Source: Chloroflexota bacterium (GTDB lineage: Bacteria > Chloroflexota > Limnocylindria > Limnocylindrales > CSP1-4). Taken from it: a DNA stretch of 55,579 bases. The notes under the pieces were generated by a model. The model saw nothing but the letters and a program-made list of their open reading frames with translations, was not told where the DNA came from and made no database searches. Position numbers and translations under genes: made by a program. This document shows, piece by piece, positions 8,913 through 19,479 of the stretch; positions within the stretch are counted from its first letter, which is position 1, and every line of letters starts with the position of its first letter. Location: assembly GCA_005889475.1 (NCBI GenBank), contig VBGT01000029.1, positions 4,711-60,289 on the forward strand. Direction: 5' to 3'.

Positions 8913-9850
8913 CAGCCGCCCTCCCAGGCGATCTCGTCGGAGGCGAACACCGGGCCCTCGCGGCAGACACGCTGCGGCGTGCCGGCGGTCGACATCACGA
9001 CGCAGCCGAGGCACGCGCCCACGGCGCAGCCCATGTTCTGCTCCATCGATACCTGGAGGAAGGCCCGTCGGCGCGCCTGCGCCGAGCCGGCGGGGATCGG
9101 ACGCCCCCCGCCGCGCTTCCGACCCAGCGACGCCACGCCGAGCCGGCGCCGGCGAGAGGCCGCGAGGCCGGCCAGCGCTCGCAGCATCGGCAGCGGCCCG
9201 CAGGCGAAGGCCTGGTCGGCCCAGGCCTCGTAGTCCGCGACGAGATCCGTGACGAAGCCGCGGTGACCCACGGAGCCATCGTCGGTCGCGACGACGTACT
9301 CGACCTCGTCGGGGAGCAGCGACGAGGGATAAACATCTCTCGCTCCCGCACCGCCGAAGAGCAGCGTCACCTGCCGGCCGTCTCGGATCGCCTCGTCGGC
9401 GAGCGCACGGACGCCGGCCATGCCCAGCCCGCCCGCGATCAGCAGGATGTGCCGCGTCCGCGGGTCCACCTCGAACGGCCGGCCGAGCGGGCCGAGCATG
9501 TCGACCCGATCGCCGGGCCGGAGCCGCGTGAACCACTCGGTCCCGCGGCCCACTGTCCGGAAGTGGATCGTGAGCGTGCCCGCGACCGGGTCGATCGTGT
9601 TGAACGAGAACGGGCGGCGCAGGACGAGCCCCGAGTAGTCACCCGTTCGGACGTGGACGAACTGGCCCGCTCGGGCGCCCGCCACCAGCCCCGGTGCGCG
9701 GTAGGCCTGGAGCCATTGGCCGGGCAGGATCTCGCGACTGTCGAGGAGCTCCGCGCCGGCGAGGCGGATGGACGCCGGCTCGCGGGCCAGCCTCGACGCC
9801 GGCGCGCGTGCGGTCGGTTGGCTCGGGTCTCGCGCGCGGGTCGTCGTCAC
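8909..9850 (-). CDS. pyrK: Dihydroorotate dehydrogenase electron-transfer subunit (FAD / 2Fe-2S)
   Basis: RRPFSF (FAD-binding RxxS type), LLIAGGLGMAG, C-terminal Cys cluster MGCAVGACLGC...VCREGPVF. The GTG at 9850 overlaps the stop of the upstream gene (GTGA). Confidence 0.8.
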   Translation of the reverse strand: MTTTRARDPSQPTARAPASRLAREPASIRLAGAELLDSREILPGQWLQAYRAPGLVAGARAGQFVHVRTGDYSGLVLRRPFSFNTIDPVAGTLTIHFRTVGRGTEWFTRLRPGDRVDMLGPLGRPFEVDPRTRHILLIAGGLGMAGVRALADEAIRDGRQVTLLFGGAGARDVYPSSLLPDEVEYVVATDDGSVGHRGFVTDLVADYEAWADQAFACGPLPMLRALAGLAASRRRRLGVASLGRKRGGGRPIPAGSAQARRRAFLQVSMEQNMGCAVGACLGCVVMSTAGTPQRVCREGPVFASDEIAWEGGW

Positions 9851-10722
9851 CTGCCCGGTTCGGGCGCTTCCCCGGCGCTGGCGGCGCTGCCGTCGCCGGC
9901 GTCGGCGTCGGGCTCCTCCGAGTCCCGGGCGACGGCCGGGTACGCATCGACGATGGCCTCTGCGAGGTCGCCGAACACGTCGGTCGGGTCGTAGAAGCGG
10001 ACGATCTGGTCGGGGCTGGAGATGTCCTGCCAGCCGGTCTCGCCCTCGGGGATCACCCGGCCGCGGAAACCGCCGACCCCGAGCGCCAGGTGCTCGTCGT
10101 CGTCGTCGACGATCACGACCGTGCCGACGAGGCCGAGCAGGGCGCCGGCCGCGTTCTCGAAACCCTCGATCAGCCCGCCCTCGGTTCGCTGGCTGCGATC
10201 CTGGAAGTCGAGGGCGAGCTCGTACAGCGCCTGCGCGGCGGACGACTCGTCGCGCGCTTCGGCGACTGCCGGCTGCCCGGCCGCCCACTGGTCGGCCGCC
10301 TCGGCGTACGCGTCGGCCTCGGTTGCGCCGGCCTCTTCCGTCCCCTCGGCATCGCCCGTCACGGCGGCCTCGTCGAGCCCGACGTCCTCCGCCTGCGCCT
10401 CGGCGAAGGCCTGCAGGATGTCGGCCGGGTTGTAGATCTCGACGAGCTCGGCAGCCGTGTCGATGATCTCGGTCTCGGTGATCCAGTCGCCGCGCGACTC
10501 GTCGTAGACGCGGCTCCGGCTGCGGAACGTCCCGTCCGGCGCGACGGCCAGGTACTCGGGATCGTCGTCGATCAGGACCAGCCCGCCGAGCTGGCGGATC
10601 CGGCCCTGATGGCTACTCATGAACCGATCCAGCTGCTCGCCCGCGCGCGCCAGGAAGTCGGTGCGCTCGATCTCGGCGTCACGGGCCATGTCGGCCAGGA
10701 GGGCGTTGCGTCGACCTTCCAT
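9847..10722 (-). CDS. Acidic hypothetical protein with an internal two-module duplication
   Basis: 291-aa ORF. Module 1 is LVLIDDDPEYLAVAPDG...GDWITETEIIDTAAELVEIYNPADILQAFAEA. Module 2 is VVIVDDDDEHLALGVGG...GWQDISSPDQIVRFYDPTDVFGDLAEAI. The linker and tail are Asp/Glu/Ala-rich. I recognise no family. Confidence 0.6.
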   Translation of the reverse strand: MEGRRNALLADMARDAEIERTDFLARAGEQLDRFMSSHQGRIRQLGGLVLIDDDPEYLAVAPDGTFRSRSRVYDESRGDWITETEIIDTAAELVEIYNPADILQAFAEAQAEDVGLDEAAVTGDAEGTEEAGATEADAYAEAADQWAAGQPAVAEARDESSAAQALYELALDFQDRSQRTEGGLIEGFENAAGALLGLVGTVVIVDDDDEHLALGVGGFRGRVIPEGETGWQDISSPDQIVRFYDPTDVFGDLAEAIVDAYPAVARDSEEPDADAGDGSAASAGEAPEPGR

Positions 10723-10732
10723 GTCCGGCCTC

Positions 10733-11059
10733 CTACAGGTGGACCTTGAGCTCGGGCCCCATCCGCTCGCGGAGGAACATCGAGTGGTGGCGTTCCATGA
10801 TCCATTCGGACCCGCGATGGGCGATCGCCTGGATCCCTTCGTCCTTCTCCATCTGGTCGAGCACGGCGTAGCTCGGCAGGTCGAACAGGATCAGGTTGTC
10901 GAAGTCCCAGCCATGGGCGACGTTGTACCAGCCGATGAACCGGATGCCGTACTTCTCGCTGTACTCGCGAACCTGTCGCGGGAACAGGGTCTTCATGTAG
11001 AACTTGAAGAACGGGTCGCGGCCGCGGCGAACGGTGAAGTAGGTCGCGAGCACGGGCAC
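10733..11059 (-). CDS. Small hypothetical protein (possibly a dimeric alpha/beta-barrel or NIPSNAP-like fold; tentative)
   Basis: The well-formed part of the 203-aa track ORF begins at VPVLATYFTVRRGRDPFFKFYMKTLFPRQVREYSEKYGIRFIGWYNV. A GTG at 11059 has GGAGGA 11 nt upstream. The upstream part of the track ORF is Arg/Pro-rich junk. Confidence 0.5.
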   Translation of the reverse strand: MPVLATYFTVRRGRDPFFKFYMKTLFPRQVREYSEKYGIRFIGWYNVAHGWDFDNLILFDLPSYAVLDQMEKDEGIQAIAHRGSEWIMERHHSMFLRERMGPELKVHL

Positions 11060-11126
11060 TGGGCGCTGGGTCCTCCAAGCGTTCCGGATCGACGGGGCGG
11101 AGCGTATTCTCGCACGCCGCGTTCGA

Positions 11127-11492
11127 TCAGCCGGGCCCGTCTTCGGGCGGCGTCGCATCCTCGTCGGCTGCGTCGCGGGTGGCCGCATCCTCGATCTCGC
11201 CGACGGTCGGGGTCGCCGAGCGCATGGGCCGGCGCCGGCCCGCGGCGCGCCGATCGGCGGCCACGAGCCGCAGCAGGAAGATGACGGTCTGGCCGACGAA
11301 GAGCAGCAGGACGAGCGTGGTCGCCATGAGCACGATCGTGACAAGGACGGGCCAATCCCATGCGGCGCTCAGGGGCGTGAGCACCACGACGACCGCGAGG
11401 ACCGCGATCTGGAGCCAGAAGCAGCCGAGGCCCGGCCCCTTCTCGGCATCGAGCGGGGCGCCCTTGTACTCGACATTCCGTCGTTCGCTCAC
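11127..11492 (-). CDS. Small integral membrane protein
   Basis: 121 aa. Two to three hydrophobic helices (FWLQIAVLAVVVVLTPL; VLVTIVLMATTLVLLLFVGQTVIFLL), a basic segment, then an acidic tail. Confidence 0.55.
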   Translation of the reverse strand: MSERRNVEYKGAPLDAEKGPGLGCFWLQIAVLAVVVVLTPLSAAWDWPVLVTIVLMATTLVLLLFVGQTVIFLLRLVAADRRAAGRRRPMRSATPTVGEIEDAATRDAADEDATPPEDGPG

Positions 11493-11519
11493 GAAGGAGG
11501 ACTGTAGCCGCCGAGGCGA

Positions 11520-12836
11520 TCAGCGGTAGATCGGCTGTCCGGTTCGGGCGACCTGCTCGATCAGGTCGGCCGCCTGGACCGTGCCCGGGTTCGCACGGAG
11601 CCGTTCCGCGTCGACGGCTATCCGATACTGGAGGTTCACATCCGCGAGCAGGCGGTCGACCGCACTCGTGAGCTCGTCGTCCTCGAAGCCGTAGGTGGAG
11701 AGGCGGATCCCGAAGCCGGTCTCGTCGACGCGCTGGGCGTTGTCGACCTGGTCCCAGAAGAGGGGCAGCACGACCATCGGCTTGCCGTAGTGGAAGCATT
11801 CCGTGACCGTGTTGTTGCCGCCGTGGGTCACGACGACATCGACCTGGGGCAGGATCGCCGGCTGCGGCAGGATGCTCTCGCCGACCATGTTGTCCGCGAG
11901 CCGGATCTGGTCCGCGAGCGGGCCCTTGCTGACGATCACGCCGTGCCGCGTGCCGCCCATGACGTCGACCAATCGCTGCATCAGCTCGACGTCGGCCGAG
12001 CCGAGGCTGCCGAGCGACAGGTAGACGAGCCCGCCGCCGCCCGATCGAAGGCCGCCTGGGACCGGCCAGGCATCGTCGGTCGCCCGGACGCAGGTCTCGA
12101 GGCGGTGCCACGTGGGCGGGAGCGGCCGCTCCCGGGCGTAATCGACCGCGGCCGGGTACACGTACAGGTTCAGCCACGGTGATTCCGGGATGAAGTCGGG
12201 GCCGACGTCGCGCCAGGTGAGCGGCGGCGAGCCGTGGTCGCGCCCGAATGCGTCGAAATCAACCCACATGTCGCGATGCGTCCGCCCAACCTCCGCGAGG
12301 AAGTCCGCGTAGCCCGATCGATCCGCCACCGGGTAACCGGACGAGAACGGCGGGACCGCCGGATCCTTCAGCTCCGCCGGGTTGCACGACACGATCCGTA
12401 CCCACGGCCGCCCCGAGGCGGAAAGGGCCGGGAATCCGACCACGTTGTCTTCGACGATCACGTCCGGCTCGACCTCGTCGATGATCTCGCGGAGTCGATC
12501 GTGGACGAACTTCGCGCCGTCGATGAGCGCCTGCCAGGTCGGCGCGATGAACTCGCCCAGCTGCTCGATCGTGGGCTTGCGGAAGATGGGCGCGGTGTCG
12601 CGGATGAAGTCGATCCAGAACTGACCCGGCGCTTCCTCGGTCTCGGGCGCCGGCCCGAGCCGCATCAGTCGCTCTTCGAAGCCGTGGGCCTCCAGCCGGC
12701 CGGCGAACGATTCCTCGACGATGAACAGGACGCGATGCCCGCGCCCCTGCAGGACCTTGCCGATCCCGATGCAGTTGTTGGTCGGGCCGAACGCGCCCTC
12801 GGGAAAGAACACGATCGTCTGTCGAGCGTCAGCCAC
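11520..12836 (-). CDS. GT1-family UDP-glycosyltransferase (MGT/UGT-like)
   Basis: 438 aa. N-terminal FFPEGAFGPTNNCIGIG. C-terminal nucleotide-sugar signature VVTHGGNNTVTECFHYGKPMVVLPLFWDQVDNA. Confidence 0.8.
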   Translation of the reverse strand: MADARQTIVFFPEGAFGPTNNCIGIGKVLQGRGHRVLFIVEESFAGRLEAHGFEERLMRLGPAPETEEAPGQFWIDFIRDTAPIFRKPTIEQLGEFIAPTWQALIDGAKFVHDRLREIIDEVEPDVIVEDNVVGFPALSASGRPWVRIVSCNPAELKDPAVPPFSSGYPVADRSGYADFLAEVGRTHRDMWVDFDAFGRDHGSPPLTWRDVGPDFIPESPWLNLYVYPAAVDYARERPLPPTWHRLETCVRATDDAWPVPGGLRSGGGGLVYLSLGSLGSADVELMQRLVDVMGGTRHGVIVSKGPLADQIRLADNMVGESILPQPAILPQVDVVVTHGGNNTVTECFHYGKPMVVLPLFWDQVDNAQRVDETGFGIRLSTYGFEDDELTSAVDRLLADVNLQYRIAVDAERLRANPGTVQAADLIEQVARTGQPIYR

Positions 12837-12914
12837 GTCTGACCAGGGTCTCCTCCACCAGCCGGGTTCTCGCGCAGGGCCGGCCGATTATGGAGCGTCG
12901 GTACCATCACGGCG

Positions 12915-14498
12915 ATGACCGCCGAACCCGTCACCGGGTGGCACCCGGAGCCCGACCTCCTGGTGATTCGCGACCCCTCGTCACGCGACGCCATGCGCGA
13001 GGCCGGCGACGCGATCTGGGCGGCGGCGCTGGACTATCTCTACGACCACGCCCTCGTCCGTGCCATGGGCACGCCGAGCGGCTACGACGCGCTCCGGGCC
13101 GAGTTCTTCGGCGCGACGCGCGCTCCGGCGCCGGCGCCGCGGGAGCCGGCGACGCTGCAGGCGGTGCTCGACGAGTTTTCGAGCCGGGTCGCCCCGCACA
13201 CCGTCAGCGCCTACCACCCGCGCTCGTTCGGCTACTTCACCCCGCCGCCCCTGCTCGCGTCCGTGGCCGGCGAGGTCCTCGCCCAGATCGCCCAGCAGGG
13301 CATCGACATCTGGCACGCCGGCCCGATCGGCGCGTTCGTCGAGGAGGAGGTGCTGCGCTGGCTGTGCGACTTGGTGGGCTATGGCGAGGGCAGCTTCGGG
13401 ATCCTCACCTCGGGCGGCGTGATGGCCAACTTCATCGCGATGGTCCTCGTCCGGGACGTGCACCTGGCACGCCTGCGTGGCGCCATCGAGCCGCCGCGGG
13501 GGCGCGCGCTCGAGGGCGTCCGCGTGTACGCCTCCGACCAGACCCACTTCTCGATCGGTCGGGCGCTCGATGAGCTCGGCTTCCCGGCGGACACCCTGGC
13601 GGTCGTGCCGGCGGATTCCGACTTCCGGCTTGGCGCCGCGCCGGTTGCGCAGGCGATCGCGAGGGATCGTGCGGCGGGGCTGACGCCGCTCGCCATCGCG
13701 GCCGTTGCCGGGTCGACGAACACTGGCTCGGTCGACGCGACCGGGGAGCTCGCCGACCTCGCAGCGCGCGAGGACCTGTGGCTGCACGTCGATGCCGCCT
13801 ACGCCGCGGCGGCCCGGCTCTCAGCCCGCGATGCCGGGCGCGTGGCGGACCTCGAGCGCGCCGACTCCGTGACCGTCGACCCGCACAAGTGGCTGTTCCA
13901 GTCGTACGACATCGGCGGGCTCGTCGTCCGGGACGGTGGCGTGCTGGCGCAGGCGTTCGGTGGCCGCCGGCCGGAGTACTACCGCGCCGGGCACGAACTG
14001 GATGGCTCGAACGGGCACGCGCCGACCGACGATGGCCACGGCGCCGCGGACCAGCTCAACTTCTGGCGCCTCGGGTTCGAGGGCACCCGTCGCTGGAGGG
14101 CGCTGAAGCTATGGCTCTCCTGGAAGCACATCGGGAGTGAGGGGTTCGGGCGGCTCGTCGAGGCGAACATCGACCTGGCGGCGCACCTCGCAGCGCGGAT
14201 CGCCGCGTCCGACGACTTCGAGGCGCTCCCCGTAGAGCCCGAGCTGTCCGTCGTGTGCTTCCGGCACCTGCCCGCGGGCCGGCCAGGGCCAGAGCCGGGC
14301 ACACCGGCAGCGACAGCGCTCGACGCGCATCAGGACCGCCTGCAGCGGGCCCTCGAGGCCTCCGGCGAGGGCTGGCTGTCGACGACCCGGCTTCGAGGCG
14401 CGACCTACCTGCGCGCCGGGATCCTCAACACCCAATCGACCGCCGCCGACGTCGACGAGCTCCTCGCGATCCTGCGCCGGCTCGCCCGCGGTGCGTAG
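12915..14498 (+). CDS. Group II pyridoxal-phosphate-dependent (amino acid) decarboxylase
   Basis: 527 aa. LTSGGVMANF, HVDAAYAAAA, and the PLP-lysine motif SVTVDPHKWLFQSYDIG. Substrate cannot be inferred. Confidence 0.8.
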   Translation: MTAEPVTGWHPEPDLLVIRDPSSRDAMREAGDAIWAAALDYLYDHALVRAMGTPSGYDALRAEFFGATRAPAPAPREPATLQAVLDEFSSRVAPHTVSAYHPRSFGYFTPPPLLASVAGEVLAQIAQQGIDIWHAGPIGAFVEEEVLRWLCDLVGYGEGSFGILTSGGVMANFIAMVLVRDVHLARLRGAIEPPRGRALEGVRVYASDQTHFSIGRALDELGFPADTLAVVPADSDFRLGAAPVAQAIARDRAAGLTPLAIAAVAGSTNTGSVDATGELADLAAREDLWLHVDAAYAAAARLSARDAGRVADLERADSVTVDPHKWLFQSYDIGGLVVRDGGVLAQAFGGRRPEYYRAGHELDGSNGHAPTDDGHGAADQLNFWRLGFEGTRRWRALKLWLSWKHIGSEGFGRLVEANIDLAAHLAARIAASDDFEALPVEPELSVVCFRHLPAGRPGPEPGTPAATALDAHQDRLQRALEASGEGWLSTTRLRGATYLRAGILNTQSTAADVDELLAILRRLARGA

Positions 14499-14907
14499 CC
14501 CGGGCGCCCGCCCGGGCGCGATTCGTTCCGCTGCCGCGTTCGCGCTGCTCACGCTGCTCGCGACCGCCCTGTTGGCCCCCGGTTCAGCGCTGGCCGTGCC
14601 CCGGCCCGGCGAGAGCTGCCCCGACACGACCCCCACGCCGGGCTCGTCCGCGGCCGTGTGCGATGAGGGCACGACGCCCGGCGCCGGTGGCGGAACGCTC
14701 GACCTCGCCGCCCTCTTGCCGATCCTTGCCGCGGCGGTCGCCGGCGGCGCGATCGCGCTCGTCGCTGCCTTCCTCGTGCTGCGCCGCCGGGCGGGGGCGC
14801 CGGTCGCGCCGGCGGATCCCGGGGAGTGGTGGACCTGCCCCTCGTGCGGCAAGACGAACGTGATCGACAGCCCGCGCTGCTATGCATGCGGCTCGTGGCA
14901 ATCCTGA
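14491..14907 (+). CDS. Exported/membrane protein with a C-terminal RanBP2-type zinc finger
   Basis: The GTG start overlaps the decarboxylase stop by 8 nt. It has a signal-like N-terminus (AAAFALLTLLATALLAPGSALA), a TM helix (LAALLPILAAAVAGGAIALVAAFLVL) followed by RRR, then WTCPSCGKTNVIDSPRCYAC. That matches W-x-C-x2-C-x3-N-x6-C-x2-C exactly. Confidence 0.6.
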   Translation: MRSPGARPGAIRSAAAFALLTLLATALLAPGSALAVPRPGESCPDTTPTPGSSAAVCDEGTTPGAGGGTLDLAALLPILAAAVAGGAIALVAAFLVLRRRAGAPVAPADPGEWWTCPSCGKTNVIDSPRCYACGSWQS

Positions 14908-14933
14908 GCGAGGACCCGTAGGGCCCGTCCCGG

Positions 14934-16268
14934 TCAGGCCGCGGGTGGCGTCACCTTGTCCCGCGCGGCGAGCCGGTCGCGCGCCCGGAAGAACTCACCG
15001 ACGACCGGCAGGAACCAGGGCCGGCCTTCGTAGGGTGCGGGCACCAGCGGGAAGCGCAGCTCGGCCAGGGCCGGCGGCGCGGCGCCGCCCATCCATTGCG
15101 CCGCGCGCGTCCCGAGCCAGTGCAGGAGAACGACACCACTCCCGCAGCAGCCCATCGCGTACATCACGCCGCCGGACCGGCCGATGTGCGGCATCCGGTC
15201 GAACGTCATGCCGATCTTGCCACCCCACGAATATTCGACGCGGTAGCCCGCGACCTGCGGATGCACCTCGAGCATCCGCCGGTGGAGCAGCTTTGCGGTC
15301 TTGTCGACGGTCGTCGGGAAGAAGCTGACCCGGCCGCCCCAGATCAAGCGGCGGTCCGCGCTCACGTGCCAGTACGACAGGAAGTTGCGGGTGTCGAAAT
15401 ACGCCCGGCCGGTGGGTGAGAGCTCGCGGGCGAGATCGGCGGGCAGCGGCTCGGTGGCGATCATGTACGAGCCGATCGGGATGATCCGGCGGCGCAGCGA
15501 CGGGGCCGCGCCGTCCGTGTAGCCGTTCGTCGCGACGAGGACGTCGCGGGCGACGATGGCGCCGCGCTCCGTCTGGACGGCGAACCAACCGTCACTCTCG
15601 CGCCGCACCGACGTGACGTGCGTCCCCTCGTGCAGGTCGGCGCCCGCCTTCTCGGCGAGACCGACGAGCCCGGCGAACCACTTGCCCGGGTGGACGACCC
15701 CTCCGGTGTCGATGGCCAGGCCGCCGTGGTAGGCCCGGGTACCCACCTCGTCGGTGATGCGCTCGAGCGGGACAACACGCGCCGGGGTTCCCCACTCGGT
15801 CCGCGGCCGAACCTCGGCCGCGAAGTCGTCGGCATCCCGCCGCGACCACGCGAGCTCCATGTAGCCATTGAACCGGAGCTCGGCGTCGATGCCGCCGTCC
15901 CGGATCGTCCGCCCAAGGAGCTCCGTCGCCTCGACCGAGTCGACGTACAGCTGCGTCGCAAGATCTCGGCCGTAGCGTTTGATCAGCGACGCCGGGCCCC
16001 ACTTGTAACCGGGATGCGCGATGCCGCCGTTCCGCGTCGACGCGCCCCAGCCGAGCGTCCGCGCCTCGACGACCACCACGCTCGCGCCCTGGGTTGCGAG
16101 CTGTCGCGCGGCGGCGAGCCCGGTGTACCCGCCACCGATCACGACGGCGTCGGCCGATTCCGGCAAGGGCTTGCCGCTCCGATCCGGGAGGGCGGGCATC
16201 GTCGCGTGCCAGTACGGCCGGCGCTCGTAGTCGCGGTTCAGGTCCGGAATGGCGGGCATCGCCGACAT
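14934..16268 (-). CDS. FAD-dependent oxidoreductase (DAO / amine-oxidase-like family)
   Basis: 444 aa. Dinucleotide fold VVIGGGYTGLAAARQLATQGASVVVVE. Overall layout resembles PuuB/DadA-type flavoenzymes. Confidence 0.75.
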   Translation of the reverse strand: MSAMPAIPDLNRDYERRPYWHATMPALPDRSGKPLPESADAVVIGGGYTGLAAARQLATQGASVVVVEARTLGWGASTRNGGIAHPGYKWGPASLIKRYGRDLATQLYVDSVEATELLGRTIRDGGIDAELRFNGYMELAWSRRDADDFAAEVRPRTEWGTPARVVPLERITDEVGTRAYHGGLAIDTGGVVHPGKWFAGLVGLAEKAGADLHEGTHVTSVRRESDGWFAVQTERGAIVARDVLVATNGYTDGAAPSLRRRIIPIGSYMIATEPLPADLARELSPTGRAYFDTRNFLSYWHVSADRRLIWGGRVSFFPTTVDKTAKLLHRRMLEVHPQVAGYRVEYSWGGKIGMTFDRMPHIGRSGGVMYAMGCCGSGVVLLHWLGTRAAQWMGGAAPPALAELRFPLVPAPYEGRPWFLPVVGEFFRARDRLAARDKVTPPAA

Positions 16269-16286
16269 CCTATCGGGCGGCGGCCC

Positions 16287-17731
16287 TCAGGCGGGCTCGG
16301 CGTCCTCGTAGGCGAGCCGCCCGCCCGCGACCGTGAGCAACACGAGGCCCGACAACGACCGACCGAGCAGCGGCCCGCCCCAGCCGCGCGTCAACAGCTG
16401 CTCCGCCTCGACCGTCCAGCGCGCGGACCGATCGAAGATCACGAGGTCCGCGGGGGCGCCCTCCGCGAAGCCCGGCGCAGCGCCAGCGGCATCGCCGACG
16501 ACACGGCTCGGGCCGACGGTCAGCGCCTCGATGGCCCGGAGCAGCGACGGCTGCCCGGCATCGACCGCCTCCAGGAGCAGCCCCAACACGGTCTCGATGC
16601 CGGCGATCCCCCGCCTGGCAAGGCCGAACTCGACCGCCTTGTCGACCTGGGTGTGCGGCGCGTGGTCCGAGGCGACGGCGTCGACCGTCCCGTCGGCGAG
16701 CCCCACGACGCAGGCGTGGGCGTCCGCGGCGCCGCGCAGCGGTGGGTTGACCCGGAGCGCGGAGTCGTAGGGCTCTGACTCGAGGGCGCCGTCCCGCCAC
16801 GGGTCGCGCGGAATGCCGTGATCGTCGAGCGCCTGCCACGCCCAGCGCCGCGCACCCGCGAGCCATTCGTCGGTAAGAGCGAGGTGGTGGGGCGTCACGT
16901 CGCAGGTCACCGGCATGCCGGCGGCCTTCGCACGCCGGACGAGGTCGATCGACTCGGCCGTCGAGAGGTGGGTCAGGTGCAGCCGCGCGCTCGGAACGTC
17001 ACGAGCGACCTCCGCCAGGATCGCGAGGTCACGCGCGACCGCGGTTGCCTCCGCCGCGGCCGGCCAGCCGCGCAGCCCCAGCACCGTCGCCACGAGGCCG
17101 TCGTTGGCCTCGGCGCCGCTCGTCTGAGTGAGGTCCTCGGGATGGTCGATGACCGGCAGCCCGAGCATGCCCCCGTAGGCGAGGGCGTGGCGGAGCAGGT
17201 CGGCGCGCTGGATCGGCGACCCGTCGTCGCTGAATCCGACGACACCCGCGTCCGCGAGCTCGCCCAGCGGCGCCAGCTGCTCCCCTGCCCTGCCCGCGGT
17301 CGCCGCGCCGACCTGCAGGAGCCGGACCGGCGAGCCGGACGCGTCAGCCGCGGCGCGCCCTGCCTCGACCATCGCGGCGCGGTCGATCGGTGGCGTCGTG
17401 TTCGGCATCGCGCAGACGGTCGTGAAGCCGCCGTGGGCCGCCGCGGCCAGACCGGTGGCGATCGTCTCGGCCGCCTCGCCGCCGGGCTCACGGAAGTGGG
17501 CGTGGAGATCGGTGAACCCGGGCGCCACGACGACACCGCGCTCGTTGGCGTCCCCGCTTGCGCCCTCAAGCCACGCGAGCGAATCGATGCGCCCGCCCCG
17601 CACGACGAGCTCAGCTGGCCCCTCCCGCCCGGTCGACGGATCGACGAGCCACGCGCCCGTGAGGTCGAGGTCGACCGGCCGGCCGATCTCGGCACCGGCG
17701 CCGGTACGGGCGGGACGGCTCGCGATCGCGC

Positions 17732-17735
<4 letters not shown>
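16287..17735 (-). CDS. pyrC: Dihydroorotase
   Basis: APGFTDLHAHFREPG (HxH metal site), FTTVCAMPNT, HLTHLST, DVTPHH, VASDHAPH. The GTG at 17735 forms a GTGA overlap with the pyrB stop. The 912-aa track ORF is an out-of-frame read-through artefact. Confidence 0.85.

Positions 17736-19479
<1,744 letters not shown>

Noticed and set aside
6999-9233. A 744-aa ORF on the plus strand. Similar long plus-strand ORFs occur at 1249-2613, 5875-7323, 23312-24769 and 34756-36174.
   Set aside because: All lie antisense to genes with clear enzyme or transporter motifs. Their translations are Arg/Gly/Asp/Pro-rich low-complexity strings with no motifs. Long stop-free antisense frames are expected at this G+C content.
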